Assembly: GCA_951406725.2 (NCBI GenBank) | Contig: OX597815.1 | Coordinates: 82,274,001-82,338,000, forward strand | Origin: Octopus vulgaris | Lineage: Eukaryota | Length of the DNA stretch: 64,000 nucleotides | Reading direction: 5' to 3' | In this document: positions 13,285 through 25,790 of the stretch, one piece after another | Position numbering within the stretch: position 1 is the first letter of the stretch | Layout: each line of letters begins with the position of its first letter | Made by a program: the position numbers and the translations under genes | Notes under the pieces: generated by a model | The model's database searches: none | What the model was told of the DNA's origin: nothing | What the model saw: only the letters and a program-made list of their open reading frames with translations

Positions 13285-13334
13285 CTGTCTAATTTTTTCT
13301 GAAGAAGTGGCTTACTTCGAAACGTCACAGACAG
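13285..13334 (+). ncRNA. Degenerate minimal hammerhead ribozyme-like motif
   Basis: CTGAAGA-AGTGGCTTACTTC-GAAACGTC; a possible stem I pairs CTGTCT with AGACAG. Confidence 0.5.
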
Positions 13335-13437
13335 TTGCATTTATTTAAGCTCTTATTAAGTATCAAACCGCTGATTGAATTTTAAGATTCGTCTTCTGTT
13401 TTAAAAATCTGTTTGTTAAATTTTGTGTCTTTTTGCA

Positions 13438-13589
13438 GGCGCAGGAGTGGCTGTGTGGTAAGTAGCTTGCTTACCACATGGTTCTGGGTTCAGTCCTACT
13501 GCGTGGCACCTTGTACAAGTGTCTTCTGCTATAGTCGCGGGCCTTGTGAGTGGATTTGGTAGACGGAAACTGAATGAAGCCCGTGTATA

Positions 13590-13656
<67 letters not shown>

Positions 13657-13878
13657 GTATATGTATGTTTGTGCGTCTGTGTTTGTCCCCCCAACATCGC
13701 TTGACAACAGATGCTGGTGTGTTTACGTCCCTGTTACTAATCGGTTCGGCAAAAGAGACCGATAGAATAAGTACTAGGCTTACAAAGAATAAGTCCTGGC
13801 GTCGATTTGCTCGACTAGGGGCGGTGCTCCAGCATGGCCGCAGTCAAATGACTGAAGCAAATAAAAGAATAAAAGAAT
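13438..13878 (+). mobile_element. tRNA-derived SINE family A, full length
   Basis: GGCGCAGGAGTGGCTGTGTGGTAAG head, internal (CA)n(TA)n, tail hairpin CAGTC-AAAT-GACTG at 13841-13854 and a repeated AATAAAAG end. Confidence 0.9.
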
Positions 13879-14489
13879 ACATATCCGCACGCGCATATGT
13901 TTATACACAGAGAATATGAGAGAGGGAGTTTATCAATGGATACACTTTGGTGGAAATCAAAAGGTATCGTCATGAAAATAACCAGGTTTTGAAAAATGCT
14001 GCTATTACAAATGTGTTAAGTTCATAAGTATGCAAAACATGTAAGAAAATCGAATGCATTATAAAACCGATCAGAAAGATAGATAACCTCAGAGTCAAAG
14101 CTTCAATTTATTGAAGACAAGGATTAAATCGCCGTTATCCGTATGATGCTAAGCACGTAGTGAATACGTCGTGTCCTCTTCATCAGCAAGTAGGAGACGA
14201 AATTAGTATAAACGTGATTCAATTCACATCTCTGCCTCTTAATTATGTCACTCAAATCAGCTTGCATCCAACAATATTAAAATTGTCTATGCTAAATTGT
14301 AGAGGTGCAACATAGTGTCAACGTAGATTCATTTAAACTCTCGAATTTATGTCTCATGGTAATAAGTTAGTATGAAAAGTTAATTAATAAAAACGTTATT
14401 ATCAAAGCTTTTGGGAAATTGTTGTCGTGCAAAAACAATATATATCTATATATTTTGTGTAAATATAAACGTATATATATAGAGAGAGT

Positions 14490-15897
14490 GGGGAGAATAC
14501 AGGTGAAGAAGAAAATAAACAGATATATTAGTTTAACCTTCGGGAAGTGAAAAAGTCTTGAACGTTTCGAGCCTACGCTCTTCCACAGAAAGGAACACAG
14601 AAAGAAACAAGGAGAGAAAATAAAGAATATGTAGTGGCTAGCGATTTAGCATGGCGAATGTCGGACAGAGGGGTTACACAGGAGAGCTAGGAAGAAGGGG
14701 AGATAATAAAATAGTGGTGATCCCAAAAGGTGCGCGTTCGTAAGTATAAGAGAGTATGCATGTGCGCGTGGAAGAGGGCTGGTGACCTTGAAGTGTGCGT
14801 GTGTGTATGTGTTGGTGTGTGGATGTGGGGCAGGGAAGTGGTCAGTGCTAGTTTGTGCGTGGTGGTATGATGTGATGTGATGAGGTGTTGTCTGGTATAG
14901 TGGTGTATGGTGTAGTGGTGTGTGTGTGGTGTGATGGTGCTGGGAGGTGGGAAAAGCAAGGGTGAGTTGTGGGTTAGGATGAGTGTGGGGGTAGAGTGGG
15001 GTATGTGAGTAGGCTGAGGGTGGGGGTAGAGGTGAGGTATGCGGGAGTGGGTGTGAGGGTTGGGGTGGGATGGATAGGGAAGGTGGGGTTGGATTGTGTA
15101 GGGGCGGGGTGGGGTTACGAGGGATGGTTGTGACGATGAAGGGGAAGGGAGAAGGTGGGTAGGAGTGAAGAGAAGAGAGAAGGAGAGCAAGAATGAAGAG
15201 AAGAAATAGTGGTCGGAGCAAGAGAGGAGAAGTCGGTGGGAGGAAGTTGGTGTGAGGGGAGAGAGGGGAGGGGAGGCGGTTAGATGAAGAGGGGAGGAGA
15301 GTTGAACCCATGTGACCCAAAGGAGCGAAGAGAGGAGATTAATTCCTGTTCACGGCGCAAACGGGAGTTCGGATGGCCCCTGTGCAAGGACAATCCGAAC
15401 ACAGACAGGTGTTGCACAGAGTGACCGGTAGAGCGGAAATGGCGCGAGACCGGGGTGTCATTGCCGGATCGGATGTTTCGGAGGTGCTCCGCGAACCGGT
15501 CAGCCAAGCGGCGTCCCGTTTGCCCGAGAAGGCTCGGAGAATGGTGCGTTGGAGAGGTTGGATGGTGAGGTGGTAGGTGATGGGAAACGGGAGACGGCAG
15601 ACGGCAGGGAGGGTGCAGGGGAGAGGGCAGAGGAAGTGGCGAGCCATGAGTTGAGACTGAGTCTCAAAGTCATGGTCGCCACTACAGAGCCCACGTAGAC
15701 GGAGGAATTGGGAATAAGGGATGGAAAGCTTGGTGTGTTTAGTGTGGGAGGAGGAGAAGTTGAGGTATGAGTGTGAGTCTGTGTGTTTGTAGTGGATGGA
15801 GGTGGTGAGAGTGGAGTGATGAATGCTGACCGAAATGTCAAGAAAGGAGACAGAGGTGTCAGAGATAGTGCAGGAGAAGTGGAGGGCAGGATGGAAA
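14490..15897 (-). mobile_element. Penelope-like element, 5'-truncated and internally deleted
   Basis: RT-thumb remnant (VSFLDISVSIHHSTLTTSIHYKHTDSHSYLNF) and GIY-YIG C-terminus (RRLADRFAEHLRNI...REQELI), closely similar to 46122-47600. The pseudo-LTR carries a hammerhead motif. Confidence 0.9.
14557..14592 (-). ncRNA. Penelope minimal hammerhead ribozyme, variant core
   Basis: The minus strand reads CTTT CTGTGGA A GAGC-GTAG-GCTC GAAA CG TT CAAG. Confidence 0.65.
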
Positions 15898-15899
15898 GA

Positions 15900-16438
15900 T
15901 TTGACAAAAAGACTGGAAGGATTTCCTCAGTCTTAGGTGTTTCACATCACCACTCCTGTATGTGCTTTTGTCCCATTTAGTGTATAAGGCAGCTTGATTC
16001 CGCTGCCCTCGTCTGAACCTCATGTCAGGATGTTGGTTCATCTGGTATTGTGCCGAGGAGGATATCTAGTCCATTTTTGAAGACATCTACTTCCAACTTG
16101 TGCAGATTTAATTTTTGTGGCAGGGCATTGAGGAGGTGTGGGCCTTTGAAGCTTAGACTATTGTAGTACTTGGTCTTGGATTTAGAAGGAGTGGATGGTA
16201 CCTTTAGTACAATACAATGGTGGCCAATGCTGAATTTATGTACTAGCCCTACTAGAGTTTTCCATATGTAGATTATTGCATATTTGTCGCGCCTTCGCTC
16301 CAGGGAATAAAGTTTCAGTTTTCTCAGCTCATCTGCTGCACTGTCTCAGTCTGTTTAGTGTTGTGATGTTAGACTGCTTCAAGCTCCGCTGTTAGTCTGG
16401 TGCTATTTGCTTACCATAACAGGGGGCAGTAGTCCATA
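15900..16438 (-). mobile_element. CR1-like LINE 3' fragment
   Basis: Minus-strand translation across disruptions gives DYCPLLW...LEAV, LKLYSLERRRDKYAIIYIWKTLVGLV and GPHLLNALP...FKNGLDILLGTIPDEP. Confidence 0.8.
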
Positions 16439-16465
16439 TACGTACATACATACATACATATATTC

Positions 16466-16526
<61 letters not shown>

Positions 16527-16571
16527 AGTACATACATATATACGCATATACATATATAAATACATACATAC

Positions 16572-16617
<46 letters not shown>

Positions 16618-18214
16618 CGAGTTTCTTTCAGTTTTCGTCTACCTAATTCACTCACTAGGCTTTGGTCGGCCCAGGCCTGTAGTAGAAAGCACTTACTCAA
16701 GGGGACACGCTCTATATGCACGCTGTATATGCACACAATCAAACCTGTACCAATGTTTACAGTATCACTATTTTATTTCAATATCCGAACCTTAATTTCT
16801 GTCTATATTTCCAAACAGAGGCGCTTAGGGAAACATTCGCCACAGCTGTCCGTTACTGCGTCAAACAGCTAACACAAACCCAATACACATTGCGATCCGA
16901 CTTGACCTAAGCGAGGGCAAACCCAGCTGAAGTAAAGAATGGTTGCTTTAAACCATTCTATCTTCTAACCACATGTTGTTTACAAACATGCTTAAACAAA
17001 CCTGTAGATAAGTTCTGTTGAAATAAAGTACGAACTACATAGACACAGAAACACGCGCGTACGCGCACACACATATGTATGTATACTCACATACACATAC
17101 ACACACAGAGTTACACACAAACAGACATGGAAGGTAAAATCATGAAAGATGTTTTCCATATTGTGACTTGTAACATCATCGTCTACTGGTATAAACAACC
17201 GCTGTTTGTATTTCAGCTTCTACACCCACTGACTGGGCAAAGTTCGAGAAACAGTTTGTGAATGTTTTATGACTAAATGGAAGCTTAATATTCTCACTCC
17301 ACACAAAGCACATTTGTAATTAAATAGATTCTTTACCGAAACGTCACACCATTTTAGGTTGGAGGTGAAAAGCGATCCACGTTATACTTACACCAAACAT
17401 GTTCACTAGATAAGTAAATAAGTTCTCTGCATCATAATATCCATCTTCTGAGTTGTCTGTATCTCAAATACTAATACTCATACTAATACTTATATAACTT
17501 TTATCTTTTATACTTGTTTCCAACTTCAGACTGCAGCCATGTTGAGGCACCGCCTTGAAGAGTATTTTAGACGAACGAATCGAACCAAGTACGTTTTAAA
17601 GCCTGGTATGTATGTATATATAATTATACGCTATCTATGCATGTGTTCTTATGGATTCACTCATACAAACACACATGTGTGTATGTGTTGCAATACATAC
17701 AAAACTGCAGTTTCTCGATACACAAATGACCTGCGACAAACCATTTGATATTGTAACAATAATGTAAAGAATAAGGATGACTAAATATGTGTAACTGAAA
17801 TTATTAATGCATTCTCCGTTTATTTATTTCCCAGTCAACCTTGATGTTTTTTTCTTTTCTTTCATGCTAGTCCGCACTTGTACAAATGACAGTCTCGTGC
17901 AAAAATACTTCCTTCTCTCGGCCAATGATTTTTATATGCATGTTCAGCATGAAGACTAATATTTGGAGCAATTTTAGTAGATATTCAATTTAGTAGCTAT
18001 AAATTTGGACTGTGATGTTGCCCCAGTTTATGTAATGTATAACTTTGTATATATTTAAATTATAGCTCTTTTGCTTTCAATTTTCCCGAAATTGCTACGC
18101 TTCCTGATGAGACACGAAATCTAGGAAACTAAGAACAGCCACATTGAGCATAATCCCATGAACCCAGAAAAATCTAAAACAGAGAGTTACTTACTTGCAA
18201 ATAAATGTGTTAAC

Positions 18215-18480
18215 AGGTGACATTATTGACCGAGGTTACCGTGGTCTTTTCTGTAGGCTTTTCGTTCCATGGATAAACCTTATCTGCTTCCCCCTTTACA
18301 CTTTACATCATGACATTTCTGTGATACACGATCCCTATTGATCGTTTTTTTTCTTCCCTTTTTACGATCCCTTTTGATCGAAAACCTACCCAACTTAGTT
18401 TTTTTTTCTCCCCCAAAAGAAAAGCTCTACTTTGTAATTTGTCCCGTCTGTGTTCAGCCCTGTGTGGCTAATAAAGAAAC
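18215..18480 (+). mobile_element. Probable LINE 3' UTR remnant ending in AATAAAGAAA
   Basis: Pyrimidine-rich body. The last 42 nt (18438-18479) match the SINE C tail at 8513-8554 at 36/42 positions without gaps. Confidence 0.5.
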
Positions 18481-19709
18481 ATAATTAAATATAAATAGAA
18501 TATGTATCGCCCGCTTGAATAAGAAGTTGGTCACTTAAAAATTGTAATGATCATGTTGCTATGTTTCCGAGCGAATTTTTAAAGTAAATATTTCAGTAAC
18601 TTATTTTTCGCTCAATCGTCATTTAATATTCCCGTTTCATCTCTTCTTACGATAAAACCCGAGCGATAATGATGTCATTACACACCTTCCTTATTTCACA
18701 TTTTCCTTTCTATAAAGTTAATAATTTGATGTAGTACAATATTTAATAGTCCCAAAATTCCGCTCAACGTTGTACTGATGAGACCCAACTAGATCGAAAT
18801 AGTAACTAAAAATAAATTCTAAGGATTATGATTAAAAGAAAAATTAGAGGAAAAAAAAATTAAGTTAAATCAACGCATAAAGTTAATATATTTAATTCCT
18901 TTCGCTTCATTAACGACAAAATAAAATAAAATATGGATTCTACATAAAACGATTGTCTCCCTTACCACGAAGATCAACAACCAACCAAACGACTGATATA
19001 TTGTGTTGTTTTTAAATATTTTTTAACTGCAAATACGAAAACACACAGATACAAGCATATATATTCTCATAAAGCCAAACTGAAAATGACAGATGCAGAG
19101 AGTAAAAGAGAAGGAAGATATAAATATAAAGAGAAGAGAAGAACATTGGGGATTCAGAGGAGAGAAAGAGAGGTAGACGGAGAGAACAAACAGAACATTG
19201 TAACACTAACGAAATCCGGGTGTGTGAGTTTTTGTCTAATATCCACCACTTGTCTTCCATATCATTGCCGTTGCTGCTGTCGTTTTAATGTTTATCTTAT
19301 TGTTGTTAGGTGTTATTATTGATTTATATAGTTCTCTATTGTTTTACGGTGTTTATTGTTACAGATTATTTACATTAAGGTTGCATTCTTCATGTATTTA
19401 TTTCTTCTTTAGGCTTGTTCAACTGTTTTTTCTTTTTCATTTTTTAATCTTTCCGACCGGAATGTTCTAGAAATGTCATCGGTAACGCTTACTTACAATA
19501 ATAGAAAACACTAGACAGACAACATAGATAGGCAGTGTGCGTACACATCTCTGTGTATACATACGCACACAGGCGTAGACATATACACTAAAACACGATT
19601 ATATAGCGCTTCTGATAAAGATTTGTATTTTTTACTACATAGTAAACTAGCATGACCACAACCAAATAGCGGGAACTAGTAGAAGTGTGTGTGTCTCTAT
19701 GTTCACATA

Positions 19710-20543
19710 TACTCATGCTTAATATATTGTAGTGAATGAAGCTTCGATATATCTAAATTATGCTCTTTTCACTTGTTGAAGTCTATTCGTTCGCCGAATT
19801 GTACTATATAGTGTCGTAACTGATCACAGAAGAAGCAAAGATCTTCAACTTGTTATTCAAATCCTTTTAATATTGCTCATAGGATTTATTGATGGAAAAG
19901 GCAAAGCATGCATTAATTAGGAACGACAGCTTTTCATATTCAAAAGGGGTCATGCCGGGAATAATTGAAATTTTGGGGATTAACAAATCCTCACCTGGAG
20001 TATAACCTGTCAGTACTGTTGATTTCATTTATAGTGACATTGCAAGTAGAACAATCGGTAGCTGTGTGATACACCAGACCGCTCTACTAATTCGGTTAAG
20101 TAATTCACAGATTATTCGTGATCTAAAACAGTGTCTATAGATTTACAAACGAATTTATCTCCATGAAACTTTAGACAACTTTCATTGATCTTTTTAAAAG
20201 CTTTATCATTTGGGTAAGTATTCGTTCATTTATAGAGCTATTTGTAATAGTGGTAGTGGTGTTCAAAATTGAGAAATACTTTAGTTTTTAGTTTGTCAAC
20301 GGATTACATTAATTCGCTAATATCAGCCAGCCATCAATGTATTCCAATTTTCATTAAGTTTCATCAGGAACTTTTCTTTTCTTCTTCTTTCAAAAGTCGC
20401 AATGTAAAATCAGGTGTGTCTTAGTTTTTGTGAAGGTAAACTCTCTTATTTGTTTAACATATCTTCACAAATGTGACGATTTCAAACAGCCTTTGATGTA
20501 ATCATCACATGTCGCTTTTGAGATGACCAGAAGTGCCTAACAA

Positions 20544-20545
<2 letters not shown>
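19710..20545 (-). pseudogene. Helitron Pif1-like helicase fossil
   Basis: Minus-strand fragments occur in Pif1 order: LLVISKATCDDYIKGCLKSSHL, KINESCLKFHGDKFVCKSIDTV and VLTGYTPGEDLLIPKISIIPGMTPFEYEKLSFLINACFAFSINKSYEQ (cf. GExVLIPRI...FPVxxAFAMTINKSQGQ). It may extend past the microsatellite to about 21 kb. Confidence 0.75.
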
Positions 20546-20627
<82 letters not shown>

Positions 20628-21859
20628 AGAGAGAGCAGGGGAGAGAGGGAAGGTGAGAAAGGGAGAGAGAGAGAGAGAGACATAAAGCAAGTGTTTACAT
20701 AAATACGACAAATATTAAGTGAACTAACTCAGTAGATATGTTGAATCAAATAAATATTCAGAAGATAACTGACAGTCACACCAAAGTTTCGACAATAGTG
20801 GCTTATTCAAACAATAAATCAAATGGAGTCAGTCGAGCATATAAAAATCGCCGGAAGCTGTTGAAGTGGAAAGGGGGATGTGACAATATCAGAAGAGTCA
20901 AAATATCCGATTTTGTGTGATTGAATGCGAAGCATTATATGTGTATATTCAGGCGTGTACTTATGTGTTATACGACATACTATAACCAACACCGATTAAG
21001 AATTAGTCGTATTTATTTTCCCTACGAAATACTTAATGAATGTAACTACCCGTACAATAGTAATAATTCCTTTTATATGCTTACAGGACATTGATATGAC
21101 CCCCAATGTTCCCGAAACTCTTAATCCCACTTTCTTTTTTAGTACATCTGCCTTTTAATTGAAATAAGCGCAAAGTCGTTAACAATGGCATTTAATTATT
21201 ATTGTACTGTGCAACATCGCTTACAGTATGACTCATTGCTTTTCCAACCCTGTTACTAAATAGTTAGTGACGAATTTAACCCCAACACGTTAAATGCCTC
21301 GATAACCTTTCTCTTGCATCTAATATGATGCATTTTCACCGAATGTTAGTTATTTCATTAATTCGCTTGAATGTTGGAAACCGTTTTTTTGTTGTTGCCC
21401 TTTTTAAACACTCCCGTACCGCACTCCATCTCTAGTTTATAACTGGATCCATCACTATTTCTACCTAACGTGTAATCACATCTACCTGAATTTCAACCTT
21501 ATACGAATTAAACTTTCTTCTAGGGCATACATACATACGCAAATACATGCATGCATTTATGCATACATAAATACACACACACACACATACACACACACAC
21601 GAACACATGCACACGCACAAACTCACATATCGAGGGATAGAGAGATTCACACACATATATATACATATGTGTGTGTGAGTATGTATATATATATATCAGT
21701 GTGTATATATATATATATTGATATATTATATTTCTTATTAACAATTGCAGCGTGGAATGGGTTTATAAGCCATTTAAAACACACACACAAAAACCGTTAA
21801 ATTCACTTTAACATTTAAATTTAATTTGTGTCAAAATATTTTCGTCGCTTTGAAACCGC

Positions 21860-22026
21860 GACCTGTTCACTGACAAAACTTCGCGCTCCGTGACGAAGTT
21901 TTCTCAGTGAACAGGTCAGTGAACATTCTTATACAAGAATGTTGTTGACAGTGTTTCGAAGTTTCGACGATGGCTTAGCTGGCCAAAATTTCGAAGTCAC
22001 TGTCAACAACATTGTTGTATAAGAAT
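21860..22026. repeat. Two adjacent long inverted repeats
   Basis: Arms 21860-21883/21894-21917 (24 bp, 1 mismatch) and 21925-21953/21998-22026 (29 bp, 1 mismatch). Confidence 0.92.
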
Positions 22027-23880
22027 AATTATTTGTACTCTACAAAAGTACAGAGTAACTTATCAGATTAATGTAAAATTGTTTTTATTATAACTGAATA
22101 TGAAAGCAAAAATTAATACATTTATATATTATACACAAACACATGTATGTATGTATGTATGTATGTATGTATGTATGTATGTATGTATGTATGTATGTAT
22201 GTATGTATGTATGTATGTATGTATGTATGACTGTGTGCGTGTATGTATGCATGTGTAAGCTTGTATGTATGTATGTGTGTATGTAAATGTATGTATGTAT
22301 GTATGTATGTATGCGCGTGTGTGTGTATGTATATATACATTAATATAAAGTTACATTAAAACTTTCGAGAGTGCTCGGACGTGATAAGACTCTTTGCTGC
22401 GGTTGTAGTCATGAGAGAAAATTCTCCGCCTGAACGTGTGTTAATAGGTTTTTTGGGGAAGTGGGGATGGAGGAGTGAGTGAATGGTGTCATTGGATCTG
22501 ACGTCGCATGTGTTTCTGCATCGTTTTGTTTCATTCAGCAAAGAAAAACCAAATGGTGTCGGCATAGCTGTATGATTGGCCACTTCGCATGGTTGCAAGC
22601 TTAGTTTGCCCTGCACGGCACCACCGGCAAGTGTCTTTGCTGCAGCCCCAGGTCTAACAATGGCTTGTGTATTTGGAAGACGGTAACTGGGAGAATCTCG
22701 TTGTATGTACATATATGATGTAATCACTTGATCGACTACACTATCTGATGATGTTACACATCGCTGGCGACCATGCGGTTTTGTATCGTTTTTTTTCCTT
22801 CGAATGCTGCAACTCCGACAGCAAGGCAAGCAGGCCAGCGTCCACCCCTGACCGAAAGGAGGACTGAAGCGACATGAAATGAAGTGTTTGCTCAAGAACA
22901 TAAGCGCAGCTCGGTCTTGTAATCGAACCTTCGATCGTGAGTACAAGATTCTAAACAATACGCCGAGCACCATCGTACATGTATATATATATATATTTGT
23001 ATGTGTATGTGTGTGTGTGTGCAAGTTCGTGTGTGTGTGTGCGTGTTTCTGTGCGTGCACGCATGCATATATTCAAATAAGCTTCTAGACGAAATATATA
23101 ATCGATTAATCTCCTTGCACTACACTCATTTCCTCATATCCAATGACATTATCTTTTTACCAAATCAACAATGTAAATTCACACGTTTTCCCCCTTTTGC
23201 TGAATTTCTCACTTGAATGTATCCTTTTATTACAGGAATAGGCACTATTGCATTACAATCTTAATTTAACTACATCCTTTGTTCTTCGAACCCTTATTTA
23301 ATTATGCATCTGCTGCGAGTGAAACACTGCATAATCTGTACATAAAATTTAAAACTCATCATTCCTTCATTAATATAATCTCTCATTAATCTAACTGTTA
23401 AAGGGTTTGAATGCTAATTTATACTGACTAATCACCCCTAATTCTATCTCTACTTTTAAATTTTGAAATTAAATTTATATTAAATTTATAATTTACAATT
23501 TAATCTGAATCTGCAACATATTGAAATTCTCTAAATTGCAACACTAGATTCTTATTATATACTCACGCATGCACACGTTCGCATGCACACAATGGGCATA
23601 ATGTGTATTAAAGTGTGCAAATACACACACACACACACACACACATATGTGTGTGTATGTGTGTGTGTATATGTGATTTTTTTATATATGTGTGTATGTG
23701 TGATTTTTTGTATGTTTATGCATAGACTCGAAAATACATTGACATGTCCCCGTTTCTCTTCTTTTTCCCCTTTTATAATTTATTTGCAAATATCCGGTCA
23801 GCTTCCCCGACATAACCGCTTTATTTTCCCTTCTATATTTTTGGGTAATACCTTTTTTTGATGTTTTCCGTAAATTTTTT

Positions 23881-23980
23881 ACACTGACGAGAATGGTAAT
23901 ACATAACTGTCGTAATTACTATTATTATAATTAATGGTTCTTTTTACCTGTTTGTATTGCCATTTGAAACGGTGGTATGT
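23881..23980 (+). ncRNA. Hammerhead-like motif with a long stem II
   Basis: CTGACGA (23884-23890), stem II GAATGGTAATACA/TGTATTGCCATTT (13 bp including 2 G-U), then GAAAC. The cleavage triplet looks decayed. Confidence 0.55.
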
Positions 23981-24177
23981 GGAAATTAAAAATTCTAATT
24001 TGAACTTTTAACATCTGTTCTCCATTCTTATAATTGTTAGTAGTGCTTTATATAAGATTTCATCTTACACATTCCTACATACATACATACATACATACAT
24101 ACATACATACATACACACATGCACACATACATACATACATACATACATACATACATACATACATGAACTTTACAAAA

Positions 24178-24385
24178 GCGGTGAGCTGGCAGAAACGTTA
24201 GTACGCCGGGCGAAATGCTTAGTGGTATTTCATCTGCCGCTATGTTCTGAGTTCAAATTCCGCCGAGCTCGACTTTGTCTTTCATCCTTTCATCGCACTG
24301 GGGTCGATGTAATCGATTTAATCCCTTTGTCTGTCCTTGTTTGTCCCCTCTATGTTTAGCCCCATGTGGGCAATAAAGAAATAAG
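24178..24385 (+). mobile_element. SINE family C copy
   Basis: Head GCGGTGAGCTGGCAGAAACGTTAG and tail TTTGTCCCCTCTATGTTTAGCCCC...AATAAAGAAA. Confidence 0.85.
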
Positions 24386-24512
24386 ATACATACATACATA
24401 CATGCATGCATGCATGCATATAAATATACAGTGGCGGACAAAATGTTCAGAACGGCATTGTTTTCGTCGGAAAACTAAGTATAAGTTTTTATCATAGTTG
24501 TTTTATATTCTA

Positions 24513-24909
24513 CTAGCAGTATCGCCCGGCGTTGCTCGGGTTTGTAAGGGAAATAACTATATAAGCATTTTTAGAGAGTTATAGCCAAAATATAGCAAAA
24601 ATGCATTCAAATGGGAAAAAAATGTTGGTAAATTTTTTTTAATCGTTGACACATCGTAGACATTTTTAGAGAGTTACTTCCCTTATATAATAGCGAAAAA
24701 ATGCATTAAAATGGAAAAAACTGATGGTAAATTTTTTTTAAAATCGTAGACTCATCGTAAACGCGCGCTAATACCCAGAAGGGCTCGATATGAATCACGA
24801 CTATAAGATACCCGGTTTTGGTTAAACTGCACCGCAAAATGTGGGAGTAGTTAGGAATCTAAATCGTAGGAGACAGACACTCACACAATTTCACTTTTAT
24901 ATATAAAGA
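24513..24909 (-). mobile_element. Non-autonomous Helitron
   Basis: On the minus strand it starts TC(TTTATATATAAAA) and ends with the hairpin CCCG-AGCAACGC-CGGG followed by CTAG. It sits between A and T with no TSD. Confidence 0.85.
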
Positions 24910-25621
24910 TAATTTTCACAGACAATAAATACGATATTATTTGTTATTGCCTGAGATTTTGGTGTAATTTGAGAGGATAATACGAAAGTTATGGATAATT
25001 TAGTGATTTACTGCAAAATCTAGGTGTATATGAATATAGGTGCTCATGTGCGCGTGTGTGTGTGTGTAGTGTGTGTGTGTGTGCGCGCGCGCAATTGTGT
25101 GTATATGTAAGTGTGTACGGATGTTATGAGTAATTGAGACCTTTCTTACTAAGCTGATTTTAAAATAATATATATTTATGATATGTGTGAATACGTTACT
25201 TTTAATCAGCTCTATACGCAATGGTCTTTCGTAAATCTTATGTTCAATAGGTCCTTTAGTACTTTAGTCGATATTTAGTATATAAAACACATTAAGGAAT
25301 CATAAAGTAATATTATTCTCACAGCGATAGGAATACCCACTTGAAAATAAAGGTTAAGTTCTTTTGAAACATTTGTACTTGTAAGAAATGTTTTAAGTTG
25401 TGTAACTGATACTATGAAATATCATAATTATGAAAATAATTTCAATACTCTCTGGATGCAAGAGTGAATGGTAAGTTTAAATGATTAATCACTATTTCTT
25501 GGAGTTTAAGAATTAAAAAGAAAAAATCTAGAGGTCAGAACAAATTAAAAAAAGAATGAAATACACACATTCACGCACATGCATATATATGCATGTGTGT
25601 GTGTATGTGTGTGTATATATT

Positions 25622-25790
25622 TCCTTTTTACTTGTTTCAATCATTTGGTTGCGGCCATGCTGGAGTATCGCCTTTAGTCGAGCAAATCGATCCCAGGACT
25701 TATCCGTCGTAAGCCTAGTACTTATTCTATCGATTCTTTTTGCCGAACCGCTAAGTTACAGGGACGTAAACACACCAGCATCGGTTGTCA
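25622..25790 (-). mobile_element. SINE family A, 3' half
   Basis: Homologous to 4270-4435. Confidence 0.85.

Noticed and set aside
18775-18805. Hammerhead-like CTGATGA...CGAAA (also near 18104 and 44375-44410)
   Set aside because: Stems are too short or mismatched to support a call; these are possibly decayed relics.
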